64,000 nt of DNA. Origin: an uncultured Christensenella sp. Lineage in GTDB: Bacteria > Bacillota > Clostridia > Christensenellales > UBA1242. Below the pieces are notes generated by a model, which saw nothing but the letters and a program-made list of their open reading frames with translations, did no database searches and was not told the DNA's origin. Location: positions 47,126 to 111,125 of the forward strand of contig CAYSUK010000001.1 in assembly GCA_964434265.1 (NCBI GenBank). The letters run 5' to 3'. Position numbers and translations under genes: made by a program. Shown piece after piece: positions 56,531 through 64,000 of this stretch (position 1 is the stretch's first letter; each line of letters begins with the position of its first letter).

Positions 56531-58417
56531 ATGGATAAAAAATTACATTTTGAAGATGTTTTGGATAAAGAAACCGAACAAAAAATAGTGTCTGAAGTGC
56601 TAGAAGACTTTGATTTGCGTCGTCAAAATCGAAAAAGTTTTGAGATGACGTGGCAACTTAATATAAATTTTCTACTTGGAAATCAATACTCGTACATAAA
56701 CGGAAACAATGAAATTGTTAGTGAGCGAAAACAGTATTTTTGGCAAGAACGTGAAGTATACAATCATATTGCACCTTTAGTAGATTTGCGTATGGCAAAG
56801 CTGGCTCGTGTAAAGCCTACACTTACCGTTCTTCCGTTTAGTGACGACCCTAAAGACATAGCTTGTGCAAAGGTCAGTAAAAATCTTATTAAATCAGTTT
56901 GTTATGACCTGGACATGAGTTCGCTTATAGCCGAAGCAACAATGTGGAGTGAGATTACGGGGACTTCGTTCTATAAAATCACATGGAATAGTAGCAAAGG
57001 CAAGTTTGTTGGAATAGACGATAGCGGTCAAAGTATCAGAGAAGGCGAAGTCGAACTTTCAGTTGTGTCACCATTTGAAATATTCCCCGACAATAATACG
57101 TATAGCCGAATTGATGATTGCAAAAGTATTATTCATGCTAGAGCATATCATAGAGATGAAGTCAAAAACATCTGGGGTATTGAAGTAGAAGGTCGCGATA
57201 CCGATGTGTTTTCTCTTGATAGTACAAGTATCCTAGGTGGATTGGGTTATAGTGGAAACAGTGTGAGTGTTGGCCGAACTATGCGCCATGATCAAGTGAT
57301 TGTGGTTGAGAGATACGAACAACCAACAGTCGAGTTCCCAAATGGTAGACTGATTATTGTTGCTGGTGACAAACTTGTTTATATGGGTGAGTTGCCGTAC
57401 ATAAATGCCTTTGATGGCAAACGCTCTTTTCCGTTTGTAAAGCAAACATGCTTGTGCATTCCAAATTGTTTTTGGGGTTCTTCAATTATCGAAAGATGCA
57501 TTCCGATACAACGCGCATACAATGCAGTTAAAAACCGCAAACATGAGTTTTTAAATCGCATCGCAATGGGTGTGTTGGCTGTCGAAGATGGGTCGCTAGA
57601 TATCGACAATTTGGAAGAAGAAGGGTTGTCGCCGGGAAAAGTTCTTGTTTATCGACAAGGTGCAAATTTTCCTAAAATGTTGCAAAACGAAGAAGTGCCA
57701 TCTACTTTTGATAAAGAAGAAGAAAAACTTATAGAAGAATTTTCAAATATCTCTGGTGTGAGTGATCTCCAACATCAAAATGTTCTTTACAACAATGTTA
57801 GTGGCGTTGTGCTCCAACTACTTATCGAACAAGACGAAGCGAGACTGACAGCTAGCATAAACGAAGTAAAGGATAGTGTTAAAAATGTTGCAAAACACAT
57901 ACTAAGACTTTACAAACAGTTTGCTGTATATTCGCATAGCACTCGACTAATAAACGATAATGGCGAGATAGAAATGTTGTATTGGAAAAATAGTGACCTA
58001 AATTGTGAAGATATAGTATTTGAGACTGAAAACGAAGTAGGGCAAACTATAGCACAAAGGCGCAGCATGATATACGAAGTGTTAAATGCGGGGCTACTCA
58101 ACGATGAAGATGGCGGAATGTCGCTCTCGACACGTCAAAAAGTGCTCGAACAACTTGGCTTTGGGATTTTGGAAACTACAAAAGATGCAAAGACCCTGCA
58201 AAAAAATAGGGCAAATAAAGAAAATTACAACCTTATAAAAGGGAATCAAATGCCGTCACCAAAGTTTATAGACGAGCATGATATCCACATAAATGAGCAT
58301 ATATGCTTTGCACTTAGTAAGGATTTTGAAGATGCTGTCGAAAAAAATCCAGCAATCGAAAACATACTAAACGAACATATTAAGGTGCATAAGCAAATGC
58401 AAAAAGAAAACCAATAA
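56531..58417 (+). CDS. Phage portal protein (candidate)
   Basis: The call rests on size (628 aa) and position between the terminase and scaffold/capsid genes. A good SD is present. It is not motif-verified. Confidence 0.65.
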   Translation: MDKKLHFEDVLDKETEQKIVSEVLEDFDLRRQNRKSFEMTWQLNINFLLGNQYSYINGNNEIVSERKQYFWQEREVYNHIAPLVDLRMAKLARVKPTLTVLPFSDDPKDIACAKVSKNLIKSVCYDLDMSSLIAEATMWSEITGTSFYKITWNSSKGKFVGIDDSGQSIREGEVELSVVSPFEIFPDNNTYSRIDDCKSIIHARAYHRDEVKNIWGIEVEGRDTDVFSLDSTSILGGLGYSGNSVSVGRTMRHDQVIVVERYEQPTVEFPNGRLIIVAGDKLVYMGELPYINAFDGKRSFPFVKQTCLCIPNCFWGSSIIERCIPIQRAYNAVKNRKHEFLNRIAMGVLAVEDGSLDIDNLEEEGLSPGKVLVYRQGANFPKMLQNEEVPSTFDKEEEKLIEEFSNISGVSDLQHQNVLYNNVSGVVLQLLIEQDEARLTASINEVKDSVKNVAKHILRLYKQFAVYSHSTRLINDNGEIEMLYWKNSDLNCEDIVFETENEVGQTIAQRRSMIYEVLNAGLLNDEDGGMSLSTRQKVLEQLGFGILETTKDAKTLQKNRANKENYNLIKGNQMPSPKFIDEHDIHINEHICFALSKDFEDAVEKNPAIENILNEHIKVHKQMQKENQ

Positions 58418-58443
58418 AGTTATGTTATTATATCTATTTATAA

Positions 58444-58493
58444 TATGATTTCATAACCAATTATAATTATTATGTAAATTATGATTTCATAAC
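58444..58493 (+). repeat. 14-bp perfect direct repeat pair in a 233-bp non-coding gap
   Basis: TATGATTTCATAAC occurs at 58444-58457 and 58480-58493. A further pair, TTTATAGTT, occurs at 58579-58587 and 58592-58600. Confidence 0.8.
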
Positions 58494-58650
58494 TAAATTA
58501 AGGCATATGTTACAAATTGCAAAATGTTATATAATCATAACTTTAATAGATACAATCTATTAAAATATTGTGTAAAGATTTATAGTTAAATTTTATAGTT
58601 GTATCAAAGTAATATTAAATTCAAACCACATAAATAAGTAGGAGATAAAA

Positions 58651-59268
58651 ATGGAAAATGAAAAAATAATTGGAGAACAATCTTTAGATACCCCTAATAG
58701 TGTAGCGACACATGAAGAAAGTGAAGGGCGAGTAGAACAGGACTCTCCAATAGAAAAATTTAAAAATGCCAAGGCACTTATGGAGGCGTACAAATCTTTG
58801 CAAAGTGAATTTACAAAAAAGTGTCAAAAATTGTCCGAATATGAAAAACAACAAGATAATGCGAAAGTACCTTGTTTTAGACGAGACGATTGGCAAAATC
58901 AGATAAGTGAGTTTTTTGATAAAAATCCCGAAGCGAAAGAATATGGAGAACAAATTGTAAATGAGATTATAAGCGACAATGATTTGGCGATGTCAAATTC
59001 CCCGCTTGTTTCTGCATACAATAGAGTGGTCAAAAAACAACTTTCTGACAAGGAAAGTTTTCTCAGTGACGAAAACAATTTGGTTGAGTTTGTGTTAAAA
59101 AATGAGCAAATTTTATCAAAAATCCTTAAAAAAAGTGGTGAAAACATACATTTTTCACCAAAATTAATTTCATCAAATGTAGGTAGTACTCATATTGTTA
59201 CGCCAAATTTGAGTGCTAAAAATCTTGATGAAGCCAAACAAATCTTAAAGAAAATGCTTAATAATTAG
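58651..59268 (+). CDS. Phage scaffolding protein (candidate)
   Basis: An acidic, helical 205-aa protein sits immediately upstream of the capsid gene. Confidence 0.55.
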   Translation: MENEKIIGEQSLDTPNSVATHEESEGRVEQDSPIEKFKNAKALMEAYKSLQSEFTKKCQKLSEYEKQQDNAKVPCFRRDDWQNQISEFFDKNPEAKEYGEQIVNEIISDNDLAMSNSPLVSAYNRVVKKQLSDKESFLSDENNLVEFVLKNEQILSKILKKSGENIHFSPKLISSNVGSTHIVTPNLSAKNLDEAKQILKKMLNN

Positions 59269-59278
59269 GAGAAAAAAT

Positions 59279-60460
59279 ATGGTAACACTTGCTACCGCTG
59301 ACAAGGCTTTAAAGAGTGTTTATCTTGGTGTACTTACAAACCAATTTAATCTAAACACAAATCCTTTGTTTGCAAAAATTAAAAAATCTAGTACTTACGT
59401 TACTGGAAAAGAAGTTATAAAAACAGCACCAATTGGAATCAATGGTGGTATCGGTGCTGGCTCAGAAGATGGGGTGCTTCCTACTGCTTCTGGAAATAAT
59501 TATGTTCAAATGAAACAAACTTTAAAAAACCTTTATGGAACTATCGAGATAAGTGATAAAGCTGTTAGGGCTAGTCAAAACGATGCTGGAGCATTTGTCA
59601 ATTTGTTAAATGCTGAGATGGAAGGACTCATTAAAGCTAGCACTTTCAATTTCTCTCGTATGCTTATGGGAAATGGTAGTGGCAAACTTGCAGAAATCCA
59701 ATCTGGTAGTGCAAATGTGTGCGTTGTGGACGAAATCTACAATCTTATGGAAGGTATGATTATTGACATTTATGACTCTGCAAATGAGCAAATAAGTTCT
59801 ACCTATAAGGGTGTAAAAATTGTCGCAATAGATCGCAACAATAAAAAGGTAACTTTTGACGCTCAAGTTGGTACAATTAGTGACCTTACTGATGGTGGAT
59901 ATTATTTAGTTGTTCAAAATTCGTTAAGACAAGAAATCTTTGGGCTTGATGGTATTTTTGACACAACAAACTTTACCAACATTTATTCGCTTCCAAGAAG
60001 CACAAATTCGTGGCTAAATCCTGTAATTAAAAATAGTGTAGGCGATATATCAGATGCAGTCATTCAAGAAGGTATTGATAAGGTCGAAGAATACTATGGT
60101 GGTGCTATTGACTTTATTACTTGCTCGAGTGATGTAAAAAGAAAATATCAAACATATCTTGCAAGCCTTTCACGTAATATTGATGTACTAAATTTGGAAG
60201 GTGGTTTTAAAGCGATAAGTTATGCTGGAGTTCCTGTCATGAGTGATAGATTTATGAAGAGCGGAACTATGTATCTACTTAATTCAAATTCATTTACATT
60301 GCACCAACTTTGTGATTGGGAATGGCTTGAAGGTGATGATGGCTCAATATTGAAGCAAAAACCTGGTTATCCATGCTACAGTGCAACGCTTGTTAAATAC
60401 GCTGAATTAATGTGTGAACAACCATGTAATCAAGTAAAACTTGCTGGCATTAATGTGTAA
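59279..60460 (+). CDS. Phage major capsid protein (candidate)
   Basis: 393 aa, positioned after the scaffold gene, with a strong SD and followed by a strong hairpin. The N-terminal pattern L...Y......Q.N....LF..I is typical of capsid families in Firmicute phages. Confidence 0.7.
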   Translation: MVTLATADKALKSVYLGVLTNQFNLNTNPLFAKIKKSSTYVTGKEVIKTAPIGINGGIGAGSEDGVLPTASGNNYVQMKQTLKNLYGTIEISDKAVRASQNDAGAFVNLLNAEMEGLIKASTFNFSRMLMGNGSGKLAEIQSGSANVCVVDEIYNLMEGMIIDIYDSANEQISSTYKGVKIVAIDRNNKKVTFDAQVGTISDLTDGGYYLVVQNSLRQEIFGLDGIFDTTNFTNIYSLPRSTNSWLNPVIKNSVGDISDAVIQEGIDKVEEYYGGAIDFITCSSDVKRKYQTYLASLSRNIDVLNLEGGFKAISYAGVPVMSDRFMKSGTMYLLNSNSFTLHQLCDWEWLEGDDGSILKQKPGYPCYSATLVKYAELMCEQPCNQVKLAGINV

Positions 60461-60473
60461 AATTTAAAATTGT

Positions 60474-60500
60474 GGGGTGAGTAATCTCACCCCTGATTTT
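60474..60500 (+). terminator. Strong GC hairpin after the capsid gene (terminator/attenuator)
   Basis: GGGGTGAG-TAAT-CTCACCCC followed by TGATTTTAT. Confidence 0.65.
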
Positions 60501-60516
60501 ATATAAGGAAAAAATT

Positions 60517-60888
60517 ATGAAAATTAAAATAAATGATGACGTTTTTGATATAGTAAAAAGATTGCAAGATATAGACGACTCGTATTATGTCTTGTATGAT
60601 AATGTAAAAAATCGATATGAAGTTTGGTCTTTGTGTGAGAAGTCTATGTGCTTTGTGGTGCCATATGCCACACTTGATGCTCGGACGATAGCATATGCGC
60701 TAAAAACAAATTCAAATAATGCACAAAAATTGTTTAATGAAATTGATAAAAACAATAATGAAATAATGAAAAACGAATGCAATAAAATCATAGATCAAAA
60801 TACATATAAATTTAAAGAGATATTTGAGTATGAAAAGCTTTCGAGACAGATGTCTCTTGATAAGGCTTTTTGTACTACATGGGTCTAA
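60517..60888 (+). CDS. Phage hypothetical protein (123 aa)
   Basis: The ORF has an SD and sits in the operon. I recognise no family. Confidence 0.6.
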   Translation: MKIKINDDVFDIVKRLQDIDDSYYVLYDNVKNRYEVWSLCEKSMCFVVPYATLDARTIAYALKTNSNNAQKLFNEIDKNNNEIMKNECNKIIDQNTYKFKEIFEYEKLSRQMSLDKAFCTTWV

Positions 60889-60897
60889 GGGGGTAGT

Positions 60898-61458
60898 ATG
60901 CAAGTAAATAAAATAATTCGAAATTGTGCAGTGCTTTTAGATGATGAAGAGTTGTTGGCAGAACTTGATTTGAATGCTGACATGTCAGAACAGTGCTTGT
61001 CTATAAGAAACAAACTTGTCGAATGCGTAAATATTGTAAATAGGAAAATTGCAACATTGTATTGTCCGGTTAAGATGAAAAAAGTTTTGAAATCAAACAA
61101 AAATAAAATATTGATTTCTGATATAATAGAAGGAGAAATTATAGAAATATTACAAGTTTTGATTAATAATGTTAAAAGTGCATTTTATGTAGAAAATGGG
61201 TATTTAATTACAGAAACAAGTGGTAATATGACAATATCTTATAACATATTGCCAAAAACTATTAAATATACGGACAACATTGATTATTATAATAATAAAG
61301 TCAATGACAATATTTTTGCATATGGTGTCGTAAGTGAGTATCTTTATATTATGGGAAATTTTGTAGATGCAAAAATGTGGGAAGATAAGTTTGTTTCTGG
61401 ATTAAGTAGCATAAATAAGCATAGAGATATTGTCATGCCTAAAAGAGGTTGGTATTAA
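60898..61458 (+). CDS. Phage hypothetical protein (186 aa), possible head-tail connector
   Basis: GGGGG SD. The connector suggestion rests only on position after the capsid gene. Confidence 0.55.
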   Translation: MQVNKIIRNCAVLLDDEELLAELDLNADMSEQCLSIRNKLVECVNIVNRKIATLYCPVKMKKVLKSNKNKILISDIIEGEIIEILQVLINNVKSAFYVENGYLITETSGNMTISYNILPKTIKYTDNIDYYNNKVNDNIFAYGVVSEYLYIMGNFVDAKMWEDKFVSGLSSINKHRDIVMPKRGWY

Positions 61459-61459
61459 A

Positions 61460-62911
61460 ATGTCTAATGTAATCAATTACAAAACTTTTGATTTTAAAAA
61501 AATATCTAATGGCCTAAATATAAATGGTGTGCCTGCTGTAGATAATCTCGGTGCGTCGAGTAGTGTCTACAATTTTTCCTATGATAGCGATAGATTGAAA
61601 GATTGTTTTGGGATTAAAAATTTTTATTTTTCAAATAATGGAGTAGATGTAGAAGTTGATTTTCCATCTAATGTTGTCCCTAAAAAAATGTATTCACTCA
61701 CTTTCAAAGATGAGTCGCTTTCGTGTTTGGTAGTTGTCGGAGATAATCAAAAGGCTTATATGTGGAATTATAAATCTACTTCGGGTGATATGCTTGAGAT
61801 ACCATTTGATGTAAAAAATATTCCAAGTGTCTTCAATTTTTTTGATGAAAATGGAGACCCTTGCATTGCTTGTTCGTATGACAATATGATAAATGTGTAT
61901 AATATCACTAAAAAAATGTGTGATTTTATTTTCTACACATATAGTCTTTCAGAAGTATCCTTTTTAGATGATTGTGTAGTGGGACTTCTTAATGATGACC
62001 CATATTCTTTTTGGTACACAACTTCGAGATTTCCAAAAGACTGGACAACAACTGGCGAAAAATGCACCATTCAGAATGTTGATGTTTCACTCGGTAAGTG
62101 TTTGCGAATATTTAAGATGGAAGAAAATCTGTATCTTGTCAGAGAATATGGTATCCAAAGGCTGGTATTTGATTTTGAGACAAATAAATATCAGGTTCAA
62201 AATGTGGGGCAAAGTATCGGTCGTATATATTCTGAAAGCATTTGCCAAAATGGTGCAAAAATAATTTATCTCACGACTAGTGGTTTGTATGAGTTTAATG
62301 GCGCGACTAGTAAACGCATAGTTACAAATGTAGAGCATATGCTAGCGTCTTACAAAAACACAGCGACTGTTTGTCAAAATGGCAAGTATTATATCGCGAC
62401 CAAATACGACTTTGGTGACAATATGGCTCTTGGAACTGAATCAAATCAATCAAGCACAAACAATGTGCTTCTTTGTATCGACCTTGAAACCAAATTGGAA
62501 AAAATACTGCGTGGTGTAGACGTGATACAACTTATAGATATAAACACTTCGTTTTTGACAGACATCGGTTTGATGGTATTTGATGGGATAAAAAACCGCC
62601 TATCAAGACTTAACGACGCAAACACAATTTTTGGCCGAAATCTATTAAAACATTGGTCGAGTATCTCTACTGATTTTGGAATGCCAGACAAGAAAAAAAT
62701 AATCAGTAAGTTTTTCATAATCACAAAACAAGACATAACGCTCACACTGCATTGTGACAGACACAAATATGCAGTCAAACTAAATGGCGGCGAGCATGTT
62801 CAAGTCGTGCGTCCCAATATTAGTGGTCAGACCTTTTCATACTCTATAGAGACAGAAACTCCAAACACGGAGATATATGGAATGAAGGTATTGGTAGGTT
62901 ATGCTGAGTGA
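61460..62911 (+). CDS. Phage structural protein candidate (483 aa), repetitive beta-rich
   Basis: ATG at 61460 lies directly after the previous stop. The composition is beta-strand rich. I recognise no family. Confidence 0.55.
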   Translation: MSNVINYKTFDFKKISNGLNINGVPAVDNLGASSSVYNFSYDSDRLKDCFGIKNFYFSNNGVDVEVDFPSNVVPKKMYSLTFKDESLSCLVVVGDNQKAYMWNYKSTSGDMLEIPFDVKNIPSVFNFFDENGDPCIACSYDNMINVYNITKKMCDFIFYTYSLSEVSFLDDCVVGLLNDDPYSFWYTTSRFPKDWTTTGEKCTIQNVDVSLGKCLRIFKMEENLYLVREYGIQRLVFDFETNKYQVQNVGQSIGRIYSESICQNGAKIIYLTTSGLYEFNGATSKRIVTNVEHMLASYKNTATVCQNGKYYIATKYDFGDNMALGTESNQSSTNNVLLCIDLETKLEKILRGVDVIQLIDINTSFLTDIGLMVFDGIKNRLSRLNDANTIFGRNLLKHWSSISTDFGMPDKKKIISKFFIITKQDITLTLHCDRHKYAVKLNGGEHVQVVRPNISGQTFSYSIETETPNTEIYGMKVLVGYAE

Positions 62912-62994
62912 CAGAACATAAAAAATATCCAGACCTATATAAAGCGGTCTTAAAAATCAAACAACGTCAATTTGAAGAAAAAGGGGGATACGCT

Positions 62995-63690
62995 ATGTAT
63001 AATAGTATGTTGGACGAAGCGTTTGCAAACGTGCTCAGTCTTGCAAAATCCGACGAACTAAATTCTAAAATAGATACACTTAATGAGAAGGTCACAAATA
63101 TGACAGCCACAATCGATGGAAACGACTCATCACTAGAGCAAGAAACAGAACTAGTGCCTGCATGGCAAAACAATGTTGTGGACCTGTCATTTTTGTCCCC
63201 AGAAGACAAGGAAAATTATGACAATTTTTGCTCGCAAAACAATTTGCTCACAGCCCAACTAAACGACTTGTATCTAAATATTGAGGACCTAAACAAACAA
63301 CGTGCCGAAGCAATAAAAAACTATGATATTTCAGCAGTAGTGGATATTGACGAACGGTTGTTGGATTTAAACAAACAATACAAATCCAAATACAATGAAA
63401 GTCTCGAATTTAAATCAAAGGTACAGGGAAGTAGAGATGAGTGGGAAAAGAACCTTAGTGACTTAAAAGAAGTGCTCAAAGATGAAAAATGGGAGAAATC
63501 TAAATCCATCGATAAAAGCAAATATGCTCCAAGTGTATTAAAAGAGTACAAGCAAAACAAAACTGTCGAGTTGGTAAAGTCGTTTATTGACGATTTTCCA
63601 AAAGACCAAGCAAAAATTTTACTTAACAACAATCGCATAAAAGACATGCTTGGCGAAAGCTATAATAAAGTATTGAAGGAGTATATGTGA
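62995..63690 (+). CDS. Phage coiled-coil protein (231 aa from ATG 62995; GTG 62908 is an alternative start)
   Basis: GGGGGA SD lies 7 nt before ATG 62995. The sequence is heptad-rich in K/E/L/N. Confidence 0.55.
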   Translation: MYNSMLDEAFANVLSLAKSDELNSKIDTLNEKVTNMTATIDGNDSSLEQETELVPAWQNNVVDLSFLSPEDKENYDNFCSQNNLLTAQLNDLYLNIEDLNKQRAEAIKNYDISAVVDIDERLLDLNKQYKSKYNESLEFKSKVQGSRDEWEKNLSDLKEVLKDEKWEKSKSIDKSKYAPSVLKEYKQNKTVELVKSFIDDFPKDQAKILLNNNRIKDMLGESYNKVLKEYM

Positions 63691-63932
63691 TGTGGGAGAA
63701 AATAATAAATCTTGCTATAGGCAATGGACTATGGGCGGTTTTGTTTTTGATGCTGCTCGTATTTGTACTAAAGGATAGTCGTACAAGAGAACAAAAATAC
63801 CAAGAAACAATCGAAAATCTTGGCACTGCATTGCAGGTTGTTCAAGATGTCAAGGCAGATGTTGAAGATATAAAAACCACGATTTCTACATTTGTTACTT
63901 CAAGGGGTGAAAATGAAAAAACTACTAAGTAA
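63690..63932 (+). CDS. BhlA/UviB-family holin-like protein
   Basis: LWAVLFLMLLVFVLKDSRTREQKYQE.I..L parallels the BhlA pattern (FAVLF..LLFYV.K.S..RE.K....I). GAAGGAG SD is present, and the start shares an ATGA overlap with the previous stop. Confidence 0.7.
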   Translation: MWEKIINLAIGNGLWAVLFLMLLVFVLKDSRTREQKYQETIENLGTALQVVQDVKADVEDIKTTISTFVTSRGENEKTTK

Positions 63933-64000
63933 ATTTAAAAAATACACATTTTGGGTGGCTTTTGTAGGAGTGCTTGTATTGTTTTTACAAAATCTGGCAA
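63913..64000 (+). CDS. Second holin-like small membrane protein, 3' end cut by the window
   Basis: ATG at 63913 follows AAGGGGTGA. The translation MKKLLSKFKKYTFWVAFVGVLVLFLQNLA... has a basic N-terminus followed by a TM helix. It is absent from the ORF track because no stop falls in the window. Confidence 0.4.
   Translation, partial: MKKLLSKFKKYTFWVAFVGVLVLFLQNLA

Larger units (their letters stand above)
52970..64000. mobile_element. Phage-derived element (packaging, head and lysis genes) continuing past the window end
   Basis: It contains terL, portal, scaffold and capsid genes, holin-like genes and a sigma-like regulator. The left edge is placed provisionally at the operator/promoter region. 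I see no integrase, repressor or replication genes, and no att repeat can be assessed. Confidence 0.75.

Noticed and set aside
58444-58600. Direct repeats considered as a CRISPR-like array.
   Set aside because: There are only two full copies of a 14-bp unit. The length, spacing and context are not CRISPR-like, and no cas genes are present.

Overview
This is a low-GC chromosomal segment, with hand-counted 60-nt lines ranging from about 20% to 57% G+C. It comes from a spore-forming Firmicute, probably Clostridia-like, judging by gpr, a PdaA/PdaB-like deacetylase and a ctsR operon with a perfect CtsR box. All calls come from reading the sequence and ORF translations; no searches were run.

Layout:
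(1) nt 1-16947 is the 3' part of one giant ORF, at least 5648 codons long and open to the window edge. It encodes a T/S/N-rich surface or adhesin-like protein built from Ig/B-repeat-like arrays and several GLUG-type beta-helix modules.
(2) nt 17.3-49.99 kb is a dense housekeeping block. It holds rpsT (with an unusual Lys/Ala-rich tail), gpr, a lytic transglycosylase, lysS, a DegV-like gene and a degenerate amidohydrolase-like gene. Next come ctsR-mcsA-clpC (no mcsB), hpf, a degenerate orphan ABC ATPase, an intracellular S8 protease with two small partner ORFs, and a cysteine desulfurase with a DUF3343-like carrier. The block continues with nth, obg, yhbY, a PAP2 phosphatase, pdp, tsaE-tsaB-rimI, an alpha/beta hydrolase, a MurF-like ligase with a polytopic membrane N-terminus, ddl and murG. 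It ends with parE/parC-like topoisomerase genes, a NodB deacetylase and a tandem-OB SSB-like protein.
(3) nt 50.0-52.8 kb encodes a 934-aa signal-peptide and C-terminal-TM protein with NHL-like and SH3b-like parts.
(4) nt ~52.97-64.0 kb is a phage-derived element. It opens with palindromic operators, a consensus promoter and a sigma-like regulator. It then carries terL, a truncated TerS-like gene, portal, scaffold and major capsid genes, four unknown genes, and two holin-like genes at the window edge. No lysogeny or replication module lies upstream, and no recognisable long-tail genes lie between capsid and holins.

I recognised no rRNA, tRNA, CRISPR array or transposase. The most interesting items are the modular giant ORF, the truncated phage-like head-plus-lysis element, the membrane-anchored MurF-like ligase, the mcsB-less ctsR operon and a promoter/terminator-bracketed 19-codon hydrophobic micro-ORF.
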